Positions 1-10,386 of a stretch of DNA of 63,574 nucleotides are shown piece by piece. The first letter of the stretch is position 1, and each line of letters opens with the position of its first letter. The position numbers and the translations under genes are program-made. This DNA is from a virus. Its lineage: Duplodnaviria > Caudoviricetes. The notes under the pieces are model-generated. The model was not told where the DNA came from. It did not search any database and was given only the letters and a program-made list of their open reading frames with translations. Location of the stretch: positions 1 through 63,574 of IMG/VR virus record IMGVR_UViG_3300046777_002930; one strand, given 5' to 3'.

Positions 1-8
1 ATCTTGGA

Positions 9-248
9 GTGATTAGTCATTTTCCTAGTCAAAATTATTTATATAAAATATTAAAAATAAACGACAATACTACAGAAAGTCAATTTTCAGCAATTTCTAC
101 TAATCATCAAGAATATCTAAACGAGTTATTTTCTAATTTAGTAGAAGATAATAAACCTTCTTATGAGGTACTTGAAATCTCAATAGAAGAGATTGAGACC
201 AGATTCAAAGAAATATCTGATTTTTTTTCTAGCCTTAAAAATATTTAA
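9..248 (+). CDS. hypothetical protein, probably the 3' end of a gene starting before the window
   Basis: ORF open at the window edge; no recognised motif. Confidence 0.4.
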   Translation: MISHFPSQNYLYKILKINDNTTESQFSAISTNHQEYLNELFSNLVEDNKPSYEVLEISIEEIETRFKEISDFFSSLKNI

Positions 249-336
249 ATTATTTAATTTAAATGAATATATATTCTTTTTTTGAGCCAGTCGAGTTAAG
301 CTTGACAGGCGAATAAAATTTTGGCATTATGGTTTT

Positions 337-582
337 ATGCCAACCAAAAGCCAATACCAAGTCAAACAACTCCGCAAAAAAGCGGACGCGCAGCTTATCG
401 CGAAAGCATCTCGCCGCCTAAGCTCTACTCCCATTAAGCAATGGAGTCTCACCTATATCAATAATACAAAGGCGCAAGTCGGCTCCTCTACAACTATCGA
501 AGCAAAGGACTATATTCAAGCCCTTGAACACGCACTGTACGCCGCTGGTTTTTTCCTTGAAAAGGAATCAAAAAAGGCATAG
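337..582 (+). CDS. small hypothetical protein (family shared with 3154-3384 and 22849-23019)
   Basis: TTGACA-N17-CATTAT promoter just upstream; motif IEAKDYIQALEHALYAAGF. Confidence 0.7.
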   Translation: MPTKSQYQVKQLRKKADAQLIAKASRRLSSTPIKQWSLTYINNTKAQVGSSTTIEAKDYIQALEHALYAAGFFLEKESKKA

Positions 583-603
583 ACTTTCTTAAACGCGATT
601 TAA

Positions 604-675
604 GTCTCAATCGTTCAACGGATAGGACAGATCTCTTCTAAAGATCTAATGCAGGTTCGATTCCTGCTTGAGACA
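604..675 (+). tRNA. tRNA-Arg(TCT)
   Basis: GTCTCAA/TTGAGAC acceptor, GATCT-CTTCTAA-AGATC anticodon arm, TTCGATT T-loop; no encoded CCA. Confidence 0.9.
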
Positions 676-1030
676 TTTTTTTATGTCTTAACCGATGACA
701 ATTAGAACAAAGTAGATCACACTTATCTAATTCATTAATAATTTTATTCCAAGCTTTTATTCTTAGTTTTTTCCAATTCGATTCTTTTATAGCTGGATCT
801 ACATGGTGAAAATCAAAAATACATGAATCACTATCAGGGTAAGTTAAATCACAATCTTTACATTTAGAGCCTTTATATTCTATTGCTTTTTTCTTAGTTT
901 TAGCCCATCTTTCGCAACAATACAAATTAAAACATTTTTTACATTGAGATGAACCATTTTTTCTGTCTTTTTTTTGATAAAAATCATCTATTTCTTTTTC
1001 CTTATAACAATTCGAACAAATTTTTTTCAT
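638..1030 (-). CDS. HNH homing endonuclease with Zn-finger N-terminus
   Basis: likely start MKKICSNC; CxxC pairs, FDFHHVDP and LLCSNCHRLRH motifs. Confidence 0.85.
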   Translation of the reverse strand: MKKICSNCYKEKEIDDFYQKKDRKNGSSQCKKCFNLYCCERWAKTKKKAIEYKGSKCKDCDLTYPDSDSCIFDFHHVDPAIKESNWKKLRIKAWNKIINELDKCDLLCSNCHRLRHKKMSQAGIEPALDL

Positions 1031-1124
1031 ATAAAATCTTAAGGATAGATACACTTTTTCTATCCAATTTGGTTGACAAATTAGTAAATATTTGGTAGTA
1101 TAATTTAAGTCAGAAGTAAAATAA

Positions 1125-1210
1125 GCCCTCATGATGAAACTTGGTAAACATTTTCGACTTAAAATCGAATGCCTTCGGGCTTCCCGGTTCGAGTCCGGGT
1201 GGGGGTACCA
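1125..1210 (+). tRNA. tRNA-Leu(TAA)
   Basis: TTCGA-CTTAAAA-TCGAA anticodon arm, long variable arm, CCA end. Confidence 0.9.
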
Positions 1211-1218
1211 ATTTAAAA

Positions 1219-1312
1219 GCAAGGTTAGTATAACTGGAAGTACCGACAGACTTATAATCTGTGTGCCCTAGATGTGGGCCGAGCGTGGGTTCGATTCCCA
1301 CACCTTGCACCA
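1219..1312 (+). tRNA. tRNA with TAT (Ile) anticodon and atypical long variable arm
   Basis: GCAAGGT/ACCTTGC acceptor, ACAGA-CTTATAA-TCTGT arm, GCCC/GGGC V-arm, CCA end. Confidence 0.8.
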
Positions 1313-1317
1313 ATTTC

Positions 1318-1390
<73 letters not shown>

Positions 1391-1394
1391 CGTT

Positions 1395-2393
1395 TTAATC
1401 TAAACTATTTATTTTAACCATTACTTGCTTTACAGCCATCCACATGTCTAAATATTTATAACTAGCAAGTCTTCCTAAAAACAAAACATCGCTTTCCGCT
1501 TGTATTAATTTTTTATAATTTGAATAAATAGACATGCCTTCACCAAAATCTTTTGGATATATTGGATCATTGGTATTATCATGTTCTTCTGGATAATCTC
1601 TTGTTAGTATAGTATAAGGTAAATTTTCATTCAAATATACCGAGTTATCCATTGTTCTATTAAATAGCAATTCGTTGCATTCATTTATAACGGATCCTTT
1701 TTCCCAAGAAAAGTTTTCGTCTTTCTTAACTTTGTAATGCTCAAAGCGTAAAGACCTATAAGGTAACTTTCCGAACTGGAAGCTGTAAAATTCATCAGGC
1801 TTTCCGGTATAAATCATTTTGTCGCATTTTATTTTTTTATATTCTTCCTTACTAACGCCAACATTAACTTTTATGCCATCTAGCATATTTTTAAACATCT
1901 CAGTATAGCCATTGGCAGGTATCCCTTGATATTTATCAGTAAAATATCTTTCATCCCAGTTGTCTCTTTTCGTCGGCACTCTTCCAGATATAGAAGCAGG
2001 TAAATCTTCCCATTTAATGCCCCAATGTCTTTCTGAATATTTTCTAAATATTAATTCTTTAATTTCTTCTGGCGAAAGATCTCTACCTATCTGTTCTCTA
2101 GTTTTATAATTGTATGGAATAGAAATTAAACCAATGTTGGTATTAGCTCTTACTTTGTGTTCATAGTTATTAAAAGACGTATATCTATTGAGAAATTCCC
2201 AAACGTCTTCGTCATTTGTGTGGAATATATGAGACCCATATTTATGGACAGTTATGCCATCTTGTTTTTCGTCGTAACAATTTCCACCAATATGGCTTCT
2301 TGTTTCAAAAATTTCGACATCATGCCCTTTATCTTTCAATAGCACGGCAGCTGTTATTCCAGAAAGTCCGCATCCTATTATATTTACTTTCAT
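1395..2393 (-). CDS. glf: UDP-galactopyranose mutase
   Basis: GCGLSG FAD motif, HIGGNCYD, HKYGSHIFHT, GRLASYKYLDM. Confidence 0.93.
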   Translation of the reverse strand: MKVNIIGCGLSGITAAVLLKDKGHDVEIFETRSHIGGNCYDEKQDGITVHKYGSHIFHTNDEDVWEFLNRYTSFNNYEHKVRANTNIGLISIPYNYKTREQIGRDLSPEEIKELIFRKYSERHWGIKWEDLPASISGRVPTKRDNWDERYFTDKYQGIPANGYTEMFKNMLDGIKVNVGVSKEEYKKIKCDKMIYTGKPDEFYSFQFGKLPYRSLRFEHYKVKKDENFSWEKGSVINECNELLFNRTMDNSVYLNENLPYTILTRDYPEEHDNTNDPIYPKDFGEGMSIYSNYKKLIQAESDVLFLGRLASYKYLDMWMAVKQVMVKINSLD

Positions 2394-2403
2394 TAGTTTA
2401 ATA

Positions 2404-3108
2404 TCATTTTCTAATTAAAAGACCAATTCCTAAATACGTACCGTGTACTGAATCATATTGATCTATAAATTCAAGATAATCAAACTTAGGATTATTTTTT
2501 ATCTCTTTCCAGAAATTAACTACGCCCGGACAAATATCATTTGAAATATCATGTAGTACTATATACTTAGTAAGTAGCATATTTTCAAATATACTAAAGT
2601 CGCTCTTAACTGCTTCATATCCATGATCTCCATCTATAAAAACCATATTAGGATTGATTATTCCGAAGTATCTCTTTATTGCCAAATCCTGTGATGATCC
2701 TTGTATATATTCGAAATTATGAACATCTGAATAAATTTGAAGTAATTCTGATTTATCAATAAGGTCACATGCGTAAGATTTTAAATTAGGATTTTTTTTT
2801 CTTAATATTTCATTATTAAATATGAATGTTCCTCCCCATCTACAACCGATTTCCAAGTAACTTTCTATTGATAAATTATATATATAGGAACCAAATTTTG
2901 ATAACTGATTAGGGTACTGCCAGATCTTTAACCCTTTGCCAAAAAAATCTGCCATTTCTATCGGCTGCTCATTAAGAGCTTCATTATTAAGGCCCAATTG
3001 AGGAATTAGTTTTTCTAAACCTACAGGCGAATAATCATTATTATTTTTTATTTTATCTATAGTGTTTACTATTTCTTTACTATTTATTTCTTTGTTTGAA
3101 ATACTCAT
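2404..3108 (-). CDS. class I SAM-dependent methyltransferase (Methyltransf_24-like)
   Basis: YLEIGCRWGG, FIDGDHGYE, IVLHDI. Confidence 0.85.
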   Translation of the reverse strand: MSISNKEINSKEIVNTIDKIKNNNDYSPVGLEKLIPQLGLNNEALNEQPIEMADFFGKGLKIWQYPNQLSKFGSYIYNLSIESYLEIGCRWGGTFIFNNEILRKKNPNLKSYACDLIDKSELLQIYSDVHNFEYIQGSSQDLAIKRYFGIINPNMVFIDGDHGYEAVKSDFSIFENMLLTKYIVLHDISNDICPGVVNFWKEIKNNPKFDYLEFIDQYDSVHGTYLGIGLLIRK

Positions 3109-3153
3109 ATATATAATATATTACACCATTACCATAATAGCTAAATATATATT

Positions 3154-3384
3154 TTATTTTTTATTCCAAAGGGACATCATGTGCTCATCTCGATAGATTT
3201 CAGAACACGTTGCAGGAGAAACATCTTGGAACATACTATTATAAGGCTCGTTCCATTCTGATTGCATAACCCAACCCAATTTATCCAAGGCTTCTTCTAA
3301 AGCTTGTTCGTAGCTCATAGCTTCTAAATTAATTTGTTTGTTTGGATATTCTTTAGAAGTTATTTTATGGAATTGTCTTGGCAT
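3154..3384 (-). CDS. small hypothetical protein
   Basis: LEAMSYEQALEEALDKLGW motif shared with two other ORFs. Confidence 0.65.
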   Translation of the reverse strand: MPRQFHKITSKEYPNKQINLEAMSYEQALEEALDKLGWVMQSEWNEPYNSMFQDVSPATCSEIYRDEHMMSLWNKK

Positions 3385-3436
3385 ATTATTATTTTTTTTG
3401 TTTTAGCGCAAACTTGCTTTTTGAAATGTTTTTCAT

Positions 3437-4156
3437 TCATAAAAGTAAAGTTTGTCCACCATAGTAGTTAATATAACTACCAATATATCTTTCTAGTCCG
3501 TGAGATAGTGTTCCGTTGTTAGCATAAATAAAATTCATTTCATTATATATTTCTAATTCTTTTCTTTTTAATAATAAATCTAAATATTTTTTAGAAACGG
3601 TAAAAATAGAACCAGCAATAAAAGTTAGCAATTCGCTCTCTGGTAAATCTAAAAGTGCGTTTAATTGTTTAAAAGTTTCAGAATTTTCTTTGGCGTATGG
3701 GTGATCAGGCGATTCCAATCTATAACTTTCACTAGAACCAACTAGATATAAATTGGAATTCTCTTCAAATAATTTTATTAGTTTTTGATAAGTTTGAACA
3801 TTTTTAATAAGGGGTAATAAAAGAGACAACATCCACTCAGAAGAATTTAGTCTATATCCATTTTTTTGATGAAAGGGTGCGCCGTGTCCCTTTTTCCCAT
3901 GTAGCTTCGTAACTGTTAGGTAATCTTTATTTTTTATTTTATCCAAAACATATAAAAATGGTCCAAAGTCCATCCCTTTGTTTTCTAATACAAATACTTC
4001 AGTTGCTTTAGATTTAATATCTTCGTAAAATTCGGTTTCTATATTGTTAACGGTAACATACAAATTTGCACTTTCATTCACAATATCTTTCAAATATTCC
4101 CAGAACATTGGCCAGTAATCTTGATAATATAAATGTAAAACAATACAATTCTTCAT
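3437..4156 (-). CDS. RgpF-like rhamnan synthesis protein/glycosyltransferase
   Basis: LHLYY, NKGMDFGPF, KLHGKK, FIAGSIF, HGLER. Confidence 0.8.
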   Translation of the reverse strand: MKNCIVLHLYYQDYWPMFWEYLKDIVNESANLYVTVNNIETEFYEDIKSKATEVFVLENKGMDFGPFLYVLDKIKNKDYLTVTKLHGKKGHGAPFHQKNGYRLNSSEWMLSLLLPLIKNVQTYQKLIKLFEENSNLYLVGSSESYRLESPDHPYAKENSETFKQLNALLDLPESELLTFIAGSIFTVSKKYLDLLLKRKELEIYNEMNFIYANNGTLSHGLERYIGSYINYYGGQTLLL

Positions 4157-4185
4157 AATTTTATAAAATAAACATATTATGTTAT

Positions 4186-4905
4186 TTATACGAGTTTTAT
4201 GGTACCACCTAAAGGTTCGACGGCCGCTGTAATTATTTGTTCAAGTAAATGAAATTCATTAAGAGGCGTACCTGTTTTATGAATGCTACTTTCGCTTAAA
4301 AATTCAAAAACTTCCATTTCTTTGCCTTTAAATAATAAATCTAAGTATTTTTTAGATAATACCATCATCGATCCAGAGATATGTTTATTGAGCGGGATAT
4401 GATGGGTAGATAGTAAATTTTCTATTAGCATTTTATTATCATTATCATGATTTTTTTTTCTAATAGGAAGGCTTAAATCCTGAGTCTTATAATACTCTCT
4501 AGCTCCGCATAAAAAAAGTTTTTCATCTTTTTCAAATAAAGAGCATATTTCTTGGTATTTATTCTTTGTTCCAATCAGAGGTAAATATAAACCCCTTCTC
4601 CATTGCTCTCCATACGTATGTGGCGTGTGTCGTAAGGATTTTTTTCCATGAAGTTTAGTAACCGTTAAATAATTTTTATTTTTAATTTTATCTAAAGTAT
4701 ATAAAAGCCCACCAAAAGACACCCCCTTCTCCTCTATAATATATACTTCTGTTGAATTATTTTTAATGTCTTTATACCACTCAGTCTCCATAGTATGAAC
4801 AGTTACATAAAGATCTGTATTTTCATCTTTGATGTCCTTTAAATACGACCAAAATTCCAGCCAAAGATCTTGATAGTATAGATGTAAAAAAATACAGTTT
4901 TTCAT
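4186..4905 (-). CDS. RgpF-like protein, tandem paralog of 3437-4156
   Basis: MKNCIFLHLYYQD, LTVTKLHGKK; same 239-aa length. Confidence 0.78.
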   Translation of the reverse strand: MKNCIFLHLYYQDLWLEFWSYLKDIKDENTDLYVTVHTMETEWYKDIKNNSTEVYIIEEKGVSFGGLLYTLDKIKNKNYLTVTKLHGKKSLRHTPHTYGEQWRRGLYLPLIGTKNKYQEICSLFEKDEKLFLCGAREYYKTQDLSLPIRKKNHDNDNKMLIENLLSTHHIPLNKHISGSMMVLSKKYLDLLFKGKEMEVFEFLSESSIHKTGTPLNEFHLLEQIITAAVEPLGGTIKLV

Positions 4906-5663
4906 AATTTTATAAAATGTTTTAAATTTTTGTATATATCTAAATCTATTTCATTCTCTGGATTATCAAGAAGATTTAAAAACTTGTCTTTTATAGGCTT
5001 GGGGTAAGCGCCATGAAAGCCAAATGTATAGTTAATCATAGAGAGAAACCCCCAAGCTGTAGCAAAAGTACTGGCAATATCTATAGGGGCAAATCGTATT
5101 CCTTTTTGTTCCAACTCTAATTTTTTGTAAATGCAAAGGAAAAAGTCTTCAGCAAGAGTATTATGTGTATAAATTTTATTAGGAGGATATTCTAATTTAG
5201 AACATTCTAATAGAAACTTTTTGCTTCTTAACGTGAAGCCACCGCATCCATTCATATAAGGAAGATTTTTGTGGTTTTCTCCGTTTTTTAATTGGTCATA
5301 AGCAAGTAGAGCATGTTCTGTTTCCCTTGGAACTAATGGAGCGCCAATATAATCCCAATCTAAAAAAGAATCACTCCAAGCAAATGGGTTTATTACAAAT
5401 CCATCAGGTTGGATTACAAGACAAAACTCCGTATCTATATATTTATATAATTCCTTAATACAAAAATAACTATAAGTATCTCTATTTTTTATATCGTACT
5501 CAATTAACTCTATGCCTTCATGTTCTTTAATTTTATTTTTTGTTGTTACGAGTATTTTTTTTGCAAAATTTATTCTTCTTGAACTATAATTTATAGCCTT
5601 AACGCTATTATCTGGATCTTTCCCATTAATTGATATTAATGTTACGTTATTTAAAGGTATCAT
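4902..5663 (-). CDS. DUF5672-like putative glycosyltransferase
   Basis: IQPDGF, WDYIGAP, GGFTLRSKKFL, AEDFF. Confidence 0.75.
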   Translation of the reverse strand: MIPLNNVTLISINGKDPDNSVKAINYSSRRINFAKKILVTTKNKIKEHEGIELIEYDIKNRDTYSYFCIKELYKYIDTEFCLVIQPDGFVINPFAWSDSFLDWDYIGAPLVPRETEHALLAYDQLKNGENHKNLPYMNGCGGFTLRSKKFLLECSKLEYPPNKIYTHNTLAEDFFLCIYKKLELEQKGIRFAPIDIASTFATAWGFLSMINYTFGFHGAYPKPIKDKFLNLLDNPENEIDLDIYKNLKHFIKL

Positions 5664-6709
5664 TTTCTAAATTCTTGTTTTCTTATTTCATTTCCTTTTA
5701 ATCTTTTACTTATAATATTTTTAGACCAATACGCATTTGATATACCATGACGACCTGTTGGATTTCCGGTAATATTAATGTCTAATTCACAATTTCTTGC
5801 TATAAATGGGACTAAACACATATTACTATCTAGATTTCCAATCAAAGCTTTAGACTCAAATAGAGCTTTATATATTTTAAAGCCATTTAAAAAATCTTTT
5901 ATAAAGTTTTCTTTAGATAGATCTTTGCTATGATTAGCCCATTTTTGAAAGATACATTCTCTCCAGTCATTCTTAGGAAGAACTTCTTCTTCATCATAAT
6001 ATATATTGAAGCTTAAATTGTTACTTAAGTTATAATCTTGCATTTTATTCAAAGCATCAATGTTGTCACAACAGATTACAATATTGTTTATGTTCGTTTT
6101 GTCTCTTAATTCTAAAGCATATTTAAAATAAACATCTACATCATAAAAGTCTGCCTCCGTAACCCAACCATCAACCTTATCCGTCCATCTAATATGGATT
6201 CCTATATAATTTCCGTTTAATTGCGATATTTTTTTAATGAACAAATTATTGTTTAAAAAGTTTTTAACGTATTCGGATGGAGTAGATATCTTTTTTATAA
6301 TTGAAGATTGGTATTCTTTAATCGATTTAAATTCAGACGGTAAAAATTTATCCCATCCACTATGACAGATATTTGGAAAAGATCTGTCTACTGAATTAAA
6401 ATCGTAAGTTACTAAAGAACTAGAAATTAATTTATAGTCTTCTGAAAATTCTAAAAGACAAGAATTGTTGTGATTAGCGTTTGAAAATTCTTTTTCAATA
6501 TATTTTATTAATTGTTCAGAAATTCCTTCATCGCTCATTGAAGAAAAATAATGAGATATTTTTGAGTCTACATCTGAATATATAGGAAATTTATTTTTAG
6601 TATATAAAAATTTGCAATTATTCATATCACAAAAAATTTTTCTGTACATACAGTGTGTTAGATGACTCCCAAATGGCCACCATAAATCTTTACAATATAA
6701 TATTTTCAT
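5660..6709 (-). CDS. fucosyltransferase-like (NodZ/FUT8-type GT-B) protein
   Basis: GIHIRWTDK motif, D-containing second motif, LDSNM. Confidence 0.65.
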   Translation of the reverse strand: MKILYCKDLWWPFGSHLTHCMYRKIFCDMNNCKFLYTKNKFPIYSDVDSKISHYFSSMSDEGISEQLIKYIEKEFSNANHNNSCLLEFSEDYKLISSSLVTYDFNSVDRSFPNICHSGWDKFLPSEFKSIKEYQSSIIKKISTPSEYVKNFLNNNLFIKKISQLNGNYIGIHIRWTDKVDGWVTEADFYDVDVYFKYALELRDKTNINNIVICCDNIDALNKMQDYNLSNNLSFNIYYDEEEVLPKNDWRECIFQKWANHSKDLSKENFIKDFLNGFKIYKALFESKALIGNLDSNMCLVPFIARNCELDINITGNPTGRHGISNAYWSKNIISKRLKGNEIRKQEFRK

Positions 6710-6779
6710 CGTTTTTCTTGTTTCAAGTAATTCTACCGTGTATCAAATTACACGTTTTCTAATGGTGACGTATCAATTT

Positions 6780-7775
6780 TTAATACCCTGATTTATTTCC
6801 TATTTTTTTTATTTGATCAAAAATCCAAGCATAAGTTTTTTCTAACCCTTCTTCTAAAGAAATTGATGGTGCCCATCCAAGAACTTGTTTTATCATTGTG
6901 TTATCACTATTTCTTCCCCTTACACCTTGCGGAGCAGAAAGATTATATTTTCTTTTTACTTTTATACCAGCAATATTTTCAACGATGTCAACTAATTGGT
7001 TAATTGAAACCATTCTATCACTTCCTAAATTTAAAGGACGGTTATCTCCTTTTTCCCACATTAAATCCATTCCAGTAAGACAATCATCTATAAACATAAA
7101 CGAACGAGTCTGCTCACCATCTCCCCAAATTTCAATTTCATGTTTTCCACTAATTTTAGCTTCAATAATCTTTCTGCAAATTGCAGCTGGCGCTTTTTCC
7201 CTACCGCCTCTCCAAGTTCCATGAGGACCATAAACATTGTGGTATCTACAAACTCTAGTGTCTATTCCAAAGTCTTTTCCATAGTAACGAGTAAGAAGTT
7301 CACTAAACAACTTTTCCCAACCGTAACCATCATCCGGATTTGCAGGGAAAACATCTGACTCTTTAAGAGACTGAGATTGTTCATCCTTAATTGAAGATTG
7401 TAAAGCTGCTGGATATACGCATGCTGTTGAACTGTATAACACTTCTTTAATTCCAAAATCTCTTGCTGCCATAAGTATGTGTGTTTGTATCAAAACATTT
7501 TCCATACATAAAGCTTGATTATTCTCAACAAACCCCATCCCTCCCATATTACAAGCTAAGTTGTACACTCTATCAACGCCTTTTGCGACTTTATAGCAAT
7601 TGTGTTTTTCTTGTAAATTACAATCTGGGTAATTCTCTGCCTTATTAAAAACTTGATACCATTGTTCTATTGGTTTTATGTCTGCAGCAACTACTTCGTA
7701 TCCTTTAGATAAAAGATCTCTTACTAGATATCCAGCTATAAAACCTCCCGCTCCTGTTACTAATATTTTTTTCAT
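6780..7775 (-). CDS. NAD-dependent epimerase, GDP-mannose 3,5-epimerase-like
   Basis: TGAGGFIA, NLACNMGGMGF, YGWEK, GGREKAPAAICRK, PQGVRGRNSDN. Confidence 0.92.
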   Translation of the reverse strand: MKKILVTGAGGFIAGYLVRDLLSKGYEVVAADIKPIEQWYQVFNKAENYPDCNLQEKHNCYKVAKGVDRVYNLACNMGGMGFVENNQALCMENVLIQTHILMAARDFGIKEVLYSSTACVYPAALQSSIKDEQSQSLKESDVFPANPDDGYGWEKLFSELLTRYYGKDFGIDTRVCRYHNVYGPHGTWRGGREKAPAAICRKIIEAKISGKHEIEIWGDGEQTRSFMFIDDCLTGMDLMWEKGDNRPLNLGSDRMVSINQLVDIVENIAGIKVKRKYNLSAPQGVRGRNSDNTMIKQVLGWAPSISLEEGLEKTYAWIFDQIKKIGNKSGY

Positions 7776-7787
7776 AAATTTTTTTTA

Positions 7788-8654
7788 TTATACAAAAGTT
7801 TCTATTTTGTCTGAAATATCTTTTTCCGTCAAATTCTGATACCAGATTACGTCTTTAGGTATTTCTATATTTTTGTAATATTCTTTGAAGTAATTCAGTT
7901 CGTTCACATTATATCCCCCCATAGGATATTCAAAATTTTCCATAGTTTCTATGTCAAATGGCTCGTTTAAAGCGAATAACAATCTTTTTATTAATTCTTC
8001 AAAATAAAAAATAGAAGGATGGTTATGAGAAATAAATAAGAGTTTATTTTTCCATTCTTTTTTTAAGAAATCGTTTATAGTTATACAGTTTTCGTATGTT
8101 TTAGAGTTCTCTAATTCTTTTCTTTCATTTTCGTTCACGTATGGATGTTTATGTGACCGAGAACTTTCTGGACATACCTCATTAATAAAATCAATAAATC
8201 TAGGATCATTAGAAATTTTTAAATATGAAATAATTTCAGTTTTGTTTTGTATGTTTCTTTCGGATTTTATATAGCTTATTAAACGTTGTATTGTAGTTGT
8301 ATCGTTTCTATAACAAAGAAGCCTAGAATTTGGAACACAAATTTTTATATTTTTTGAGACATTATCGTGTAAATATTTCGTGTTTAATTCTTTAACGTCT
8401 AGATTAGAGTGATCTTGAAATATAAAAACATCACTTTTTTCTATGTCTGAATGTATAGCGGCGCAAAGAGCGTTTTGTTTTTCTTTATTTAATGGTGACC
8501 ATACCGAATAAACTCCACTTTCTTTTTTCCAAAAAGGCACTAGCCCTATATTTTCACAATTACTTATTTCATATTTATCTGAAAAATGTTTTCTGAAATA
8601 TAATGCAATTGGACCGAGCTGACAATTTCCGTAAAATAAAATTTTCTTTTTCAT
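7788..8654 (-). CDS. WcbI-like polysaccharide biosynthesis protein (putative acetyltransferase)
   Basis: N-terminal YGNCQ and later LFISHNHP. Confidence 0.7.
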   Translation of the reverse strand: MKKKILFYGNCQLGPIALYFRKHFSDKYEISNCENIGLVPFWKKESGVYSVWSPLNKEKQNALCAAIHSDIEKSDVFIFQDHSNLDVKELNTKYLHDNVSKNIKICVPNSRLLCYRNDTTTIQRLISYIKSERNIQNKTEIISYLKISNDPRFIDFINEVCPESSRSHKHPYVNENERKELENSKTYENCITINDFLKKEWKNKLLFISHNHPSIFYFEELIKRLLFALNEPFDIETMENFEYPMGGYNVNELNYFKEYYKNIEIPKDVIWYQNLTEKDISDKIETFV

Positions 8655-8657
8655 GTT

Positions 8658-9503
8658 TTATACTATCATAATATTTTTTATTACTTCTTTAATTAATAAT
8701 ATTCTCAAATCATCACTTGACATCTCCTTTAATTCAGGAAAGTTGTCTTTAGATTCTTTTACAGACCTGTGAGCAAAATGAAATAAACTACAATCTTTCA
8801 TTTCAGGGTTTCCTCGTTCATATAATCTAACGTATTTTCTTGCTGGACAAATATTATAATTTAATTGTTCGTGGTTTAATACTAAAAATTCTTGATCGTG
8901 ATAATTAGTAAATTTTTCTGCTTGGTATGCGTCTTTAATAATTTCTTTGTTTGAAATGGTATATGAAATTATGTCTTTACAAAACGATAAAAAATTTTCT
9001 GACGTTCCGTATGCAAGACACGGACAATAACGATCCATAAAAGATAACTCGTTATATGGTTCATTTATTTGAACGATGCTAAAATTTCTATTTATAACGT
9101 CGTAATCAGATACGAGAAAGGGTTCGACGCCTGATTGATTTGAATAAGCAAGCCATCTTAGGTAACATGATAATCCATAGCGTTTTATATCATTACCTGT
9201 TATATCTAAATGTATTTGTTTAATTTTATTTACGAATTCATCATAATATGGATTTTTTTTAGAATCTTCTAAAGATAGCACAATTGCATCAAACCCATTT
9301 ACTTCCCAACTTTCCTTCCATAGTTTAATCAATTCATCTTGGTTTTTAAAATTTATATTTTCGTAATAAGTGTATATTTTCATTCTTGTTTTAACATACT
9401 TTGATTTTTCTCCATATACACGTTCAAACTCCTCTGGACAAAAGGTTTCCATTTCACTTTTTATACAGTCTTGTATATATTGTTCATGCTCTTCTTGTGT
9501 CAT
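8658..9503 (-). CDS. putative glycosyltransferase (start uncertain, 9503 or 9383)
   Basis: SDYD DxD motif, YHDQEFL; homologous to the C-terminus of 10383-12362. Confidence 0.6.
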   Translation of the reverse strand: MTQEEHEQYIQDCIKSEMETFCPEEFERVYGEKSKYVKTRMKIYTYYENINFKNQDELIKLWKESWEVNGFDAIVLSLEDSKKNPYYDEFVNKIKQIHLDITGNDIKRYGLSCYLRWLAYSNQSGVEPFLVSDYDVINRNFSIVQINEPYNELSFMDRYCPCLAYGTSENFLSFCKDIISYTISNKEIIKDAYQAEKFTNYHDQEFLVLNHEQLNYNICPARKYVRLYERGNPEMKDCSLFHFAHRSVKESKDNFPELKEMSSDDLRILLIKEVIKNIMIV

Positions 9504-9516
9504 AGAATTATTTGCT

Positions 9517-10386
9517 TTATATATTAAAAATATACTTTTTATAAAGTCTTCTATCAAGTTCAGTTCTTCTTAAAAAAGTCGTTTTTGTTTCTTCATTTAA
9601 TTTATTGTAATCAAATCTTTCTTTAACAGTAGAATTTTTATTAATATCAGTATCTTTACTTGGAACAATGCTCTGATCAATGCCGTAACATTCATTAAAT
9701 ATTTTGTTAAACAAATTATCTACGTTGGTGATATCGGATATTTGAAATTTATCTAACACTTGACACGCCTCATCAAATTTAAATTCATCAATACTCTCAT
9801 AGTCTGAGGTTTTTGTTAACGCTCTTATCAGCCAACTATCTTCCAATTGATAACTCTTTATATACTCCTCAAAAGTATTTGATTTAATAGAGTTGTGTGT
9901 TTGTTCGTGTTTAGAATTGTCACTGTTTATATAGTTATATAAAGATTCAGTTCTATCGTAAATATTTCTAAAAACGGTATAAAAGACAGGCGTACCACCT
10001 ATCGATTGCAACATGTCTTCCCAAAAATTTTCTTTTAATAAATATACACCACGACCTTCTACGATTAAAGAAAAAATTTGAATTTTTTTGTTTTTTAATT
10101 CAGTTAAAAACGACTTTACGTTAACATAATTACAATATTTATCTGTTTCATGTTGTCTAAAATTCTCGTTGCTGTTTGTTATTCCTTCTGGATCGTAAGC
10201 AAATACTGTGGCTATTTGTTGTTTATCCTCGTTTTGCAATAAAATTCTACGCAAGGCTAAATTCCAGTTTTTTTTATTGTTCCAACTATTACTAATTGCA
10301 TAATAACGAAACAGCTTCATCGTCCAGCTTAAAACGTAAGTCCCTGCATTTTTAGGAATATGAAGAAATACAGGAATTTTATTCAT
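9517..10386 (-). CDS. sulfotransferase-family protein
   Basis: FLHIPKNAGT PAPS-binding motif; FRNIYDRTESLYNY. Confidence 0.8.
   Translation of the reverse strand: MNKIPVFLHIPKNAGTYVLSWTMKLFRYYAISNSWNNKKNWNLALRRILLQNEDKQQIATVFAYDPEGITNSNENFRQHETDKYCNYVNVKSFLTELKNKKIQIFSLIVEGRGVYLLKENFWEDMLQSIGGTPVFYTVFRNIYDRTESLYNYINSDNSKHEQTHNSIKSNTFEEYIKSYQLEDSWLIRALTKTSDYESIDEFKFDEACQVLDKFQISDITNVDNLFNKIFNECYGIDQSIVPSKDTDINKNSTVKERFDYNKLNEETKTTFLRRTELDRRLYKKYIFNI

Noticed and set aside
1031-1313. N-terminal extension of ORF 638-1222 and ORF 1110-1313
   Set aside because: Antisense translations of tRNA genes.
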